Source: Hemiscyllium ocellatum
Taxonomy: Eukaryota
NCBI RefSeq assembly: GCF_020745735.1
Contig: NC_083425.1
Location: forward strand, 46,115,575 to 46,179,574
Length of the DNA: 64,000 bases
Reading direction: 5' to 3'
Both the position numbers and the translations under genes were made by a program. The notes under the pieces are model-generated. The model did not search any database, was not told the DNA's origin, and saw only the letters and a program-made list of their open reading frames with translations. Below, in pieces: positions 12,215 through 23,950 of the stretch; positions within the stretch are counted from its first letter, which is position 1; each line of letters opens with the position of its first letter.

Positions 12215-12430
12215 TGCCCCAAGATACTAAAATGTCAGCTGTGTTCCTCTGCAACGTTGTGCTATAGAAAACCTTACTATGGAAAACCACAATAGGAAGT
12301 CACGCTGTCGAAGATCGCTAAACACATGCAGTAGAAAATTTGCGTTATTCGAAACCATGGCCACAATTCATCAATTGCATTATAGCAAATTTGAGCTGAC
12401 GAAACAGGTTATACCAGAATGACCTGTGTA
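12215..12430. mobile_element. Tigger/Tc1-type MITE, decayed relative of 40572-40793
   Basis: Right end gttataccagaatgacctgtgta and internal ttgcattatagc / tgctatagaaaa match the 40572 element. Confidence 0.55.
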
Positions 12431-12720
12431 TCTAAGTTTTCTGATAGATCTTGCTATGATACATAGGTCAAACATATGGCCTGAAAGGTGGCAGATGGAA
12501 TCTTATCTCGGGAGATGAGATTGTCATTTTGGTAACAAGTATCTAGAATTTTTTTTAATAAGTGCAAAACTTTCAAATGTTGATGTCCTGGTACACTTAT
12601 GTAAGGAACACACAATTAGCATACCAGTGCAGCCATTAATTAGGAAAGTAAATGATATGTTGGCATTTATTGCAAGGGGATTGGAGTATGGCAATAAGAT
12701 AAAGCTTGGGTTCGGATATT
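12431..12720 (+). mobile_element. Old CR1 RT fragment
   Basis: tggcagatgga (WQME) and ORF 12627 RKVNDMLAFIARGLEY. Confidence 0.75.
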
Positions 12721-13368
12721 GCTGGCATAACAAGTGCAGTTTTAAATCTGGGGCAAGAAAAATTAACTCCAGAGAATTTCATAACATGGAAAACTTCAGA
12801 GGTTGTATGCTTGTCCAGAAATGAAAAGGAAACTATATCTAAACCAGTTCTAAGCAGAATGGTCCAGGTTCTTGGAGTTGGGGTGATGTAAAATTGGAAC
12901 CTAGCCTATCATTGGTACTGCACTAGGGTTAGGATTAACTAGGAAGAGAGTTCGGCTGGCCCTGCCAGTATAACATTTATTCTGTGCTGGTTTCTTGGGG
13001 TGCTGGGTTCTTGAAATTTGATATTTTTTTATTTCTGTTTGCTAACTGAAAATATTTAGATTTATTTTCCTCTGTGATTGTGAAGTATTTTCTGCAGCTT
13101 AGCCAGGAGTTTAAGTCCAACTTTTATAGAGCAGCAGAAACCTAAAAGGGACAGTTTGAAGATTAGAAAAAAAGCCAGACTGGCTGACCAACTTGGTCTT
13201 TCTCCTGCTGGTTGCTTTCCCTTTTGGGAATGTATTGGTAGTCATAGATGAATAAGCAAAGCTGCAGCAGGATCTATGCAACATTGTATTTTCCTTGGTG
13301 AATGGGTGCGAGTGAACAAGTAAAATTGTGTGACCACGATATTGAAGTAGGTAAAAACAATGACTCCA

Positions 13369-13430
13369 GATTTTCTTGCTTCTTGGATGAGGCCTGAACT
13401 GCTGTGCTTTTCCAGCACACTCTACTCCTC
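13369..13430 (+). mobile_element. Penelope-derived tail fragment
   Basis: gattttcttgcttcttggatgaggcctgaactgctgtgcttttccagcac matches 164-215. Confidence 0.75.
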
Positions 13431-13599
13431 CATATTGAAATAAAATATAGTACATATCTCAAAACTAACGCCTTCAGCTCAATTGTGTTTTAGGAGCTTT
13501 AAAGGCAATTTTAAAATGATGCAAGGTTTTGCCAGGGTAGATGGGGTGGAGCTATTTTCTTTGAGGAAGTCCAGAACAAGGGAAATACTGACTTTTTTT

Positions 13600-14220
13600 T
13601 GTGTTCATTCACAGGATGAGGGTATTGCTAAGTAGGCCAGCATGCATTGAGTCAACCACAGTGGTGGCACTTTGGCCCAGTGGTTAGCACTGCTCCCTCA
13701 CAGGGACCCAGTTTCAATTACAGCCTCTGGCAACTGTATGTGTAGAGTTTGCACATTCTCCCTGTGATAGTGTGGGTGTCCTGGTTTCCTCCCAAAGATG
13801 TGCAGGTTAGGTGAATTGGCCATGCTAAATGGCCCATAGTGTTCAGGGATGTGTATGTTAGGGGCATTAGTCAAGGGAAATGTAGAGTAATAGGGTAGGG
13901 GAATGAGTCTGGGTGGGATGCTGTTTGGAGCGTCAGTGTGGACTTGTTGGGTCAACTGGCCTGTTTCCGCATTGTAACTGTGGGTCTGGAGTCACACCTA
14001 CGGTAGACCAGTAAAGATGGCAGTTTCCTTCTCTAAAGGGCATCAGTGAACCAGATGGGTTTTTCCTCACAGTTGACAATGGATTCATGGTCATCATTAG
14101 ACTCTTCATTCCAGATATTTATTGAATTCAAATTCCACCATTTGCTGTGGTGGGATTTGAACCCAGGTCCCTGGAACATGATCTGCATCACTGATGATAC
14201 CACTAGGCCATTGACGCCCC
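13600..14220 (-). mobile_element. Second-family SINE split by an HE1 SINE
   Basis: Tail at 13600-13660 (ggccagcat...gagtcaaccaca) resumes at ~13978 (ctgtgggtctggagtcac...gatggcagtttccttc...gggatttgaacccagg B-box). Confidence 0.75.
13661..13975 (+). mobile_element. HE1-type SINE
   Basis: tggcccagtggttagcactgctccctcacag (A-box head), gtttcaatt (B-box), gtgcaggttaggtgaattggccatgctaaat core. Confidence 0.9.
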
Positions 14221-14522
14221 CCAGGTTAAATTAGAGAGCAGATCAGGAAGGCCCTTTTTCCTTCAAAGGCTCATAAAAGCTACTGAATTTGGTCAGTTGA
14301 AAACTTGAACTGAAATTTTTGTTAGACGAGGGTGTTGAGGGGTAAAGAATCAAGGTGAATCTGAATCTATTCAGATCAACCATGATTAATTTAAAGGCAG
14401 CACCAGGATCACGGTGCTAAATCCTTAAATCTAGTTAGCCTTCTCCATTCAAGATAATGCTATTTCACTGAAATATAAATAGTAAAGCTGGAGAGAAATT
14501 TTAATTCAAGTACTTGTCCCTT

Positions 14523-15610
14523 GAGGTAGTTGGTTAGCTTGCCAAGCTGCTGGGTGATCATAACATTATCAGTGTGACCTCTAAGCGCTGTTGTTCTATC
14601 TTGCTTGGTTTTTATGTGGCCCAGTCTGTTGGGTTGAATATGACTTCCAGGTCGTCTTGTAATGGTTTGTACACTGGGTCTATCTTTGTGTTTGTTGATG
14701 GCCTTTTTGGTTGAAAACTAGGCTCCCAAGAGCTCTCTGGTGTGTCCTGGTCACTTACATGGACCAGATCCTCAACTGCAACAGCAACCACTCTAACATC
14801 CACAAAGGGAGCTGTGTCAGGACACTATTCAAAAGAGCTGTGACACACAAGAGCTGTGCAACGAAGAGGAGGAACACGTGCACAGAGTGTTGCACTTTGC
14901 CAACAGCTGATACCCCCATCATCTTGGTCCACTGATGCCTATCCAACAGACAACACCAACAAAACACTTACCAACATACTGGCCACTCTGCCTTATGTGA
15001 AGAACACATCAGAATTAGCTACCAGCCTGTTACAACCATTAGGTATTATGGTAGCGCACCAACCAATAGCCACATTGTGCCAACTACTGACCAGGACAAA
15101 GGTCCCCATACCCACTACCTGTCAGATCAACATGGTATACAAAGTCCCATGCAACAAGCACCACATTGGACAAACAGGTAGAAAACTAGCCATCTGACTT
15201 CGAGTACCAACTGGCAACTAAACAACATGATCCACTCTCCCTCATCTCCATACACACAGACCAAGACGGCCATGAATTCAACGCTGACAAAGTAACCGTT
15301 CTAGGACAAGCCAGCCAGAGAAATGGAAGAGTTCTTGGAAGCCTGCTTTTGAACCAGAAAGGCCAGCAACAAACACTGTGTACAAACCGCTGTAGAGAAG
15401 ATCAGAAAGTAAAAGTTATCTCAACAGACCCGACCCCCCACAAACCAAGTGGGACAGGATAATTCTGTGAACTGATAACAGCAGTTCACAGAAGTCGCAC
15501 TGATGTTACCCTGCATGGTAATGAAACAGCTACACGGTAACCCCACAGCTCGGCGAGCCAACCAATGACCTCATCCACAACCTGAGCTGTGCATCTTTGC
15601 AAAAACCTTA
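14523..15610 (+). mobile_element. Penelope-like retroelement, 5'-truncated with inverted terminal copy
   Basis: DQILNCNSNHSNIHKGSCVRTLFKRA (RT thumb) and TLPYVKNTSE...VYKVPC..HHIGQTGRKL (GIY-YIG); 14523-14750 is an inverted copy of ~15300-15575; flanks acttgtccctt / acctgtccctt. Confidence 0.9.
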
Positions 15611-15769
15611 ACCTGTCCCTTTTGTTTTCCCGGGCTAAAGTCAGTCATGTCTGTGATATGGTGCTGAGGGAGCAGTGACCAATTTTAATTAGATTTGGTG
15701 TGTATTTTATCTGATGAATAGTTTGTTTAAATTCACAATCAGATTTATTTTTAAGCTTTAATTAGTGTC

Positions 15770-15990
15770 TTGGAGAAACTCAGCAGATCTAGCAGCATCT
15801 GTGGCGAGAAAGCGGAGTTAATGTTTCAAGTCCTGTGACTCTCCATCTAAACTCAGAAGGATAATATGAAACAAAGAACTTCAGATGTTGAAGATTAGAA
15901 GCGAAAACAAATTGCTGAAGAACTGAGCAGGCCTGGCAGCATCTGTAGAGAGAAAGCTGTTAATGTTTCGTGTCCGGTGATCCTTCCCAT
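15770..15990 (-). mobile_element. Two tandem old Penelope-terminus repeats with decayed hammerhead motif
   Basis: gcagcatctgtggcgagaaagcggagttaatgtttcaagtcctgtgactc and gcagcatctgtagagagaaagctgttaatgtttcgtgtcc. Confidence 0.7.
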
Positions 15991-16359
15991 TATAGAAGAT
16001 GCTTCTATTGACATTTTCACAGAACAGAGAATTAGTTAGACCCGTTTACGAACCCATTTCATTTTACCTTTACTTAGCATTGCATAACACTACACATGTG
16101 AAAAGTATGCATTATTTCATATTCCACTGTTCTATCAGGGTACAATCTTTCTCAGTAGTCCACTGTTAACTTTTTTAAAAAGTGCTTACAACAGTGCAGA
16201 CTTGAGCATGAAAGCTCTGTAACCTTACAATGCTGTTAAACAAGCATTCTGAAGCTAATTTGCAAATGACCATGAAAGATTTTTTATGCCTCAATAGTAA
16301 AGCAGCATTTGATGGAGCACAAAGGATGCTATTCAATAATGGAAACAGGAAATCTAGAA

Positions 16360-16555
16360 ATATAAACAGGAAATGCTCGGGGTAGTTCAATGGTTCTGGC
16401 AGCATCTGTGGAGAGAAAAACAGTATTAACATTTCGAGTCCAATACGAGCACTTCAGGACCAAAGAAGAGTTGTGCCAGACTTGGAACTCGTCTTTCTCT
16501 CCACAGATGTTGCCAGATCTGCCGAGGTATCCCCCAGCATTTTCTCTTTCTATTC
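16360..16555. mobile_element. Old Penelope-derived hairpin element
   Basis: ctggcagcatctgtggagagaaa (16396-16418) is inverted as tttctctccacagatgttgccag (16494-16516). Confidence 0.75.
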
Positions 16556-17409
16556 AGTAATGGATCCGGTGTCATTGGGGTGGGGTGGGGGGGGAGCAAA
16601 ACCTGTCTAATCCATTTTGTGTTTGGCTTCTATTTCACTTTTATTCCCCCCTCGCTCTTCAAACTCCACATCTAGCTTGCAAGTCCATTTCTTCCCTGAC
16701 TTGGCCTTCCCACGGGGTGAATTGACACTCTGCAGTTCCCACTTCAGACCTTTCCTGTAGTGTCAGCCCGATGTTAAATTCTTACTCCTATGTTTTGGTC
16801 AAACTTAACTGCAGCACTGACTGACCCCTCAGGATGGAAGTCAGTGGGAATGCAAGGGTGAAACTTGCAGTGATAGGAGATGTAGATGACACAAAGGAAA
16901 ATAGATTATGATTGAATGTACAGAAAACCTTTTTATTAACCAGGAGTGTGCTGGTTGATCTAATATTCCAGTTAATCAAGACGTACACATAAACATAGTA
17001 AACCCTCAAAAAGCTTCAAACATTAACATCCCTCAAAAAAAACGTAAAAATGTCAAAACCCCTCCTAATGTCAACATCAAAAAACACAGTAATGGAAATG
17101 TAACGCAGGGTATATACACATCACTTTATGCTTTTAAATTAAGCATAATATACTCAGACATTGCAGTAGATAGATATTTGAGGTATCTGTTTTTTGCCAA
17201 TTCATCAAGAATGCCAGATAAGGTGCTGGTTTAAACAGTTTGCTGTATGTGGTTAAACATCTCAGCCAGTGATGTTCAGGAACCTAGCCAGATAAAGTAG
17301 CACTGCGGGCTTTAGCTGCTTCACCACCACTCATCACATCATAAATGGAGTCTTTTTTGTGTGGCAATTCCACTGTATTCAGTGCCATTCACTTTTCCTG
17401 CAATATTCA

Positions 17410-18110
17410 AGCAGCCCATTGAGATTACTGAAGGACTTGAATAATATCCAGACTTGAACTGACTGGCAGGTAATCTGAAAATGGTAGGGAATGATCATTT
17501 CAAACAAGAGAAATTCCATTCATCTCTGTGGCTTTATCAACATTGAGGCCTCCCACCATCAACAGTTTGGAGTTCCCACTGACCAAAGGCTTATCTGGAC
17601 GTGATGCATCAACTGTTTCGATATGTGAGCAATACATTACAATGAACAATGAAGCTACAGAGCATGCTTGCCAGCTAGTTTGGAATATAAAGCAACATCC
17701 ATTACCTGACTGGATGAATGTGATTGCAGTAACATTGAAAAGCTCCCCTTTCTAGTATGGCTGTGGCTCTCATAGGTACAATCGACACACCTCAGCAATT
17801 TTCAAGTATACTTTGAATATAATTACTTACTCTGTGATCTCAGCCATCAAGAAGCGCAAAGGAATGAAGGACAATCTAGAAGGTTTAGCAATGAATCTTT
17901 CCAATGCATCTCAGATAGTTACACAACATAGGCCAGAAGTAGTCTCAAATTACTCTGCTCAAGGGCAACAAAAGTTCATCTTGAAAATAATAAATGCTGG
18001 AAATCAGTGGGTCAAGGAAAATCCATGGAGAGGGAGCAATCTAAGTCCAGATGACTCTTTAAGGCTGGCCTTGTCAACAATGACCACATCACGGAATGAC
18101 AGAACAAAAA
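17410..18110 (+). mobile_element. Decayed CR1-like (non-HER1 type) LINE 3' portion
   Basis: aataatatccagacttg..ctgactggcaggtaa..atgatcatttcaaacaagag RT-end pattern; tail gctggccttgtcaacaatgaccacatc like 28420-28460. Confidence 0.6.
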
Positions 18111-18695
18111 GGTCTCCTATGCATGGGGAAGACAGAGCGCCAACTCGTGGAATGGTTCAGGGAACATCTCTGGTCTGCACGCACCAAACAACCCCACCAC
18201 CCTGTGGCCAACCCCTTCAACTCTCCCCCATGGACATGTAAGTCCGGGGCTGCCTCCACTGCCAAATTCAAGTCACCCGCCAACTGGAGGAAGAACGCTT
18301 TATCTTCTGCTTTGGGACCTTACAGCCACACAATATCAACATTTGACTTTACTAGTTTTCAAATCTCCCCTCACCCTACTTCATCCCTGATCCAACCCTC
18401 CAACTCGTCACCGCCCTCTTGGCCTGTCCTAACTGTCCATCTTCTTTCCCACCTATCCCTCCACCCTCCCCATTGTGCCATTACCTCCCACCTGCATCCA
18501 CCTATCACCTTTCCACCTATTCTTTTTTCCCCCAATATATCTCTCAACCCCCTTCCCCCTGAACATTTCTGATGAAGGGCTTATGCCCGAAACATTGACT
18601 CTCCTGCTCCTTGGATGCTGCCTGACCTGCTGCACTTTTTCCAATGCCATACTTTTTGACTCTGATTCTCCAGCATCTGCAATCCTCACTTTCTT
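18111..18695 (+). mobile_element. Penelope-like 3' fragment with hammerhead-bearing terminus
   Basis: GLLCMGKTERQLVEWFREHLWSARTKQPHHPVANPFNSP (GIY-YIG); ctgatgaagggcttatgcccgaaac at 18569-18593. Confidence 0.9.
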
Positions 18696-20329
18696 CTAGA
18701 ATAAAAAGGAAGCATATAAACTTTGTGAAGCACAGGTTGGGTAATAAATTGTCATTTCAGTCTTCACCATGTGCTCAGAATCAATCCTTTTAAAAATGCT
18801 TTGGATTTAATCCTGGATTTTCTGCCTCTTATAATTTCACATAAAGTACATAACAGAAAACTCTGAAATTCAGTGTAAACTGATATGACATGAAAGTTGA
18901 CAGTAAGTTTGCATCCAACCAGTAAGAATTACAAGAGAAATGATACCACTCAAGGGGGACATTCAGCCCATCTGGTCTCATGCTGACCCAAAGACATCCA
19001 GGAGCTAATTCCAAATAGGACCATCGAAATGAGTGTGTTGGAAGTGAAGCAGTTTTCACTGTCTTAGAATTGTTGTCCAAGGGTGTGATTGAGGTGTCCA
19101 CTGTAAAAAAGCAGAATAAAAGTTTATTCTGCTTCCGACACACCATACATCTGACCGAAGGAAGCTGTAAATGTTGTGAAAATGGAAAATTCCACTCTGT
19201 TGTACTGCTATCCTTTGACTAGTTAAACAAAAATGGATAGGGGAATAAACGTTCCTTTTTTTTTCCCTGCTTGCTGATGGCCCAGGGGTAAATGCCCTGT
19301 TCTGTAAGAAAAAAAACTGAGTGACTGTGTGGACCAGTTGAGGGTCTGGAACAAATTATTGGATCTGTTCCTAAGCAAGCATCTGACCACAAAGGAGTGA
19401 GACAATCCAGCTGCAGATGCTGACTCTCTTTTCTATTTAGCCTTGCTTGCAACTGCTCCTATGCAAGTGTTATTGGAACTCTTCCCCAGTGTGCACAAGG
19501 GACAAACCCCTTGCTGATATTTGATTTGTGAGGATTTATCTGTACTGAGGTACCGTATGCTTCTCTCTGCCTCCAGCACCACCAGCAGGCCCTTTAAGGG
19601 AAGGGGAAAAGGAAATGGAGTTGCTTAAGAAAACATAAGCACACACCAAAGAATCTTTTTCTAGTAATTCCTCCAGGAAATTACTGTACCAACCAAAGAA
19701 GTACACAATGAGCTAAGTTGAGATGGAATATCAGTGAATAAGAAATTTAAGATCACAAACGCACATGTTCATTGCTGTTCTCAGTTTGGTGCCTGTGCAG
19801 TTAAAAACTCGCTTGGCCTTGAGAAAAACAAAATTTTCTTGGAAAAACTAACAAATAGTCATTCTCGACAATTTGGGCAGCCTGCAAGGCATGGCTTCCT
19901 GACAAGTTAAATGAAAGGAGTCCCAACCCTGGCCCACAGTTGTTTTACACAATTTCCAAATGTCCAGTGAAGGAGATCTCCAGGGTACAAAACAGAGCAA
20001 TGTCTAGCTTACACCCCCTGAAGGAGTGAGCAAAGCTTTCAGACTTTGGCTGAGAATGAAATGGAAACGTTATCGATGTTTTATTCACTTTTTGTCTGAA
20101 TTTCTGCAAAGCTGTTAAGATTTTGGAGGCCCAAGCAACAAGAGTCTAAATTCCAAATTGTTCAAGACGCGGCGTAGTTTTAATATTCTTGAAGGTATTT
20201 TTAAAGTAGCAGTCCAACTGTATGACGCAGTTTGAATCGGGATAATCTTGCCTCTATATCAACAGAAATTGGCTGTGGTATGATTCAGAAATACTGTTAT
20301 ATGCATTTTACTTAACCAGGGATGGGATG

Positions 20330-20670
20330 TTACTTTGAATTAATAATTCAGTGACACCTTTGACCCAACAATCAATCTGAGAAATGTGTGTCCCTCCAGC
20401 TCCGGTTTCTAGTTCATCCTTGACTTCCGTTTTTCCTTACCATTGGAAGCCGTGCTTTCTGCTGCTGAGTCGTAAAACTCTGGACATTCACTCCCTCAAA
20501 CACTTTCCCTCTTTCCCCACCCCCCCCACCCTCTCTTGTATGTAATGCTCCTTTTAAAACACACCTCATTCGTCAAATTCCTGGTCACCTGCCTGACTCC
20601 ATCCCTTTGGCTGTCAGTCTTTTCTTGTGTGAGTACTTGGGTAGTTCTGTGATGTCTAAATGCATCAATA
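20330..20670 (+). mobile_element. Old L2-type LINE 3' end
   Basis: accattggaagccgtgctttc...aaaactctgga...ccttttaaaacacacctc pattern; reverse counterpart of 23290-23950. Confidence 0.5.
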
Positions 20671-21729
20671 CCAATTCTTAGTGCAGATCCATTTTTTTTT
20701 ATAAACTAAGGCATCCAAATTATGAATGAAATCAGGTGGCATGACACTTTAAGAGATCACAAATATTTCAGGTTCTGCATTACAGCCAGGTTATGTGCTG
20801 AGCCAAGAAAACCATAGGCAGAACTGAATTTATCTGCCAGCTTTTATTCAGAAGAAAATCTCCCTCCATTAGTACATCTGGGGTATCTGCAGACTTAACA
20901 ACACTTCTATTCAATCAGATCTGCTGAGTACACTAACTATACCTTGTATGATATTAGCTTGTATCAATTTGCAGTGTATGGCTTTGTGATGCTGATTCAC
21001 TTCAAAACGTGTTAAGTCTGAAAAATTAGGACTTATTAGGATGCTTCTTCAATGCAACATTTGGTCACGGGCAGTGAGTCAGATCAAATATTAGACTGAA
21101 AATAAAATTTCATCTCTCACTAGTCACAAAATTTTAAATGCAGACTTGATCACAGATTTAGTGTTACTGTTTCTCTGAAAACAATAGTCACTGTTATAGA
21201 TTGAGCCTTTAAATGAAGATGATGTATTTCTACTTTACAGCTTATTATCAAGCAATAGAATCACTCCGATACAATTAATTGAGTGGGTGCAGTGACAATT
21301 GCGTGTGAGTAGAGCCAACCATTCTGTGACAACAAAATATTTTGAACAGTAGTGAGATCAAAAGCCAGGTGATGGCTGTATAAGAGTCATTTTCTGTCTG
21401 CTGCAAGACTGGCATTTTTATTAATATTATTAATCATTTTCACCTTTTTTTTTCCCCTGCCTTGCTATCTATCCCCAACATCCCTCCCTCAATTTCTCCA
21501 TCTCTAGTTCTGTGATAACATATCGACCAGTAACCATTGTGAGCCAATTAACTCCCATAGTTCTGTCGATTTCACTGAGATTTTATTCCATTTCATTGAT
21601 TTCTTCATCTCTGCAGAAATTCAAATAATGATGCCATTTATCATGTCAGTGCTTCTGACATGTCTTCCCCATCACCACAGTGTGTGTCTACCAGTTCTCT
21701 TTGGTTCCTTTACCTTTACCTTCTACTAG

Positions 21730-22430
21730 CCACTGACATCTCATGACACTACCATCACTAAATCCCCCACCATTAACATCTTTAATTTACCATTGATCAG
21801 AAACTGAACTGGACTATCCACATAATGATATGGTCTTTTGTGGAGAGCAAGTGCAGACTGAGTGACTGTGCTGGTTTATGTGAAACCTCTCCACTCTGTC
21901 CACAAGCTTGATCTTGAGCTTCTGTATCCCTGAGCAGCTCTTTCCCATCTGACCTCATGCCCCCTGGCACTATTCCAATGAAGCTCCATGCAAGCTCAAG
22001 AAGCAGCACCTCCACTTTCTGATTTGGCACATCACTCTATTTCAGAGTGTGGCCATTTTGGATGATCTCTTCTGCAGCATTTCTTTTCAGACAACAGTTG
22101 TCGGTGCGTTGACTTTCATTTATGCCTCCTCCACCCATACTTTGATTTTCAGCTTGTCTTATTTCCCAGTGCCTCTGCCCTGCACCATTACCCCTTTTGT
22201 TGACCGTTTTGTTCTGATTTCTGCCTTATCACTGAGCTTGCCTTTTGTACTTGTTGATTTCTTCTACCTTTTCCCTGTCCCTGTACTCATGTAAAGCCTG
22301 TTAGATTAGTTTTTCTAATGCTAATGAAATATATCAGCCTGAAACATAAACTTTGTTTCTACCTTGCTTAGAATTTCCAGCATTTTTGCTTTTATTTCTG
22401 CTTTCCTGTGTCTGCAATAATTTACTTTTG
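21730..22430 (+). mobile_element. Composite of an old CR1-like LINE fragment and a Penelope 3' fragment
   Basis: taccattgatcagaaactgaactggact (LINE RT end); caagctcaagaagcagcacctc..tttctgatttggcac (Penelope GIY-YIG end) and decayed terminus. Confidence 0.55.
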
Positions 22431-22479
22431 GGTTAAGAACCAGTGGTTTCTTTTATAAATACCTGTTGGCTGAGGGAAG

Positions 22480-22645
22480 GTCATCAATTGGATCATAGGG
22501 ATATTCAGATAATGGCATGTGATCTTTACTATTCAACCAGACCTCGAGAAGGGATAATCAAGATCTCAGTTTAGTAGCTCATCCAAAGGACAGCATCTCC
22601 GTCTTTTATCAGTCCTTCAATACTGATCAGGAGTGTCAGATCAAG
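22480..22645 (-). mobile_element. Ancient Deu-domain-type SINE fragment
   Basis: ctcagtttagtagctcatccaaaggacagcatctcc...caatactg..ggagtgtcag pattern. Confidence 0.45.
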
Positions 22646-23289
22646 CTAAAATATACAAGATTTATCTGACCATTTTATGCCATTTGCAAGTTTCACTCAA
22701 TTTTCCTTCTGGAGAAGGGAAGAACTTGAGCTCTAGGTTATATGTTGCTTATTTATATAAGGTTGTTGAAGACTTCAAAAATATTTTGTTTAAATACATT
22801 TTCAATAGGCCTCAAGTATTGTTATCTGACACACTCTAGCTTCAGGGTCATATAGATTTCTTATTGTTTTTCCCAGCTTCTCCTCTACAAAACTGGTAGA
22901 ATTCACTAACAAGGGAAAATATTTTAAAGGCATTCTAGGAACAACACCCCAACTCCTGACACTAGTTGAGTCTAATTGAACAGACAAATCAAGGCAGTTG
23001 TCAGATGCTGTGTATTCTAACTTTTCAGAGCAGCAGTGAATAATAGTCAGCAAGCAGAGCATGTTCAGTGATACTTGATTTGGCAATTAGATAATTTGTT
23101 CTAAAGTATGTAATTAACTAAGTTAAGCATGTGTGGAAGATAATGTATTAAAGATAATTTAAATACTTGGGTTATAAGAGAATTCTGAATAGAATGAGCA
23201 GTCAACCAAATTTTGAGTATGCTTTACATGTTGAAATGTGTATTTATACAATATAGATTATATTATCTAAATGCAAATGTTAACAAAAA

Positions 23290-23950
23290 TAGCCTGCAAT
23301 TCTATGGCACCATTAATGTTGTAAAATCTCAAAGTGCTTCAAGTGTTGTTAGAGTTATGCAAGAGGAAATTACGGCAGATGACAGAATGTCCAGGCAAAG
23401 ACGTACAGTTTAAGGAGTGTTTTAAGAGAGGTGGAGAGGTTTTAAGGCGAGAATTCCAAAGGTCAGGGTCTGGCTGGCTGAAGCATGTCTGCCAGTGATG
23501 AAGTTCTGAAAAGCAGGGATACCTCTGACCAGAATTATAGATATCACCGAATTGGAGGAGGTTACATGAACAAGGTGTGGTGAGGCCATAGAGGATTTGC
23601 AATCCAGGATGAAAACTTTCAAAATTTAAAGTATTGCTTAACTGGGAGCCAATATTCAGGCTGAATGTTCACATAGGCTTGAATATGTGGAGAGTAGTAA
23701 TGGGAGATCAGCCATGACTGCATTAGAATAATAATGTCTGGCAGTAACCATGACATAGATGAATGTTTCAACAGCAAAAGACCTGGAGCAGCTGTAGAGA
23801 TGGGAATAATCTGCTGAACTGATGATGGGGATGTGTGGTTAGAAATTCATCTTACAGTTAAATATGACACCAAGATCTCAGATTGGTTCAGTTTCAGACA
23901 GTTGCCTGGGAGACGTTGGGGGACCAAGGATTAGGAAATAGAGATTCTGA
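23290..23950 (-). mobile_element. Old L2-type LINE fragment
   Basis: aatgttgtaaaatctcaaagtgcttca...tttaaggagtg..gagaggtggagagg...gaattcca; homologous to 46860-47110 and 48640-49160. Confidence 0.6.

Noticed and set aside
20119-20200. 75 nt open segment between AG and GTATTT as an exon
   Set aside because: Weak acceptor and donor, unrecognised peptide
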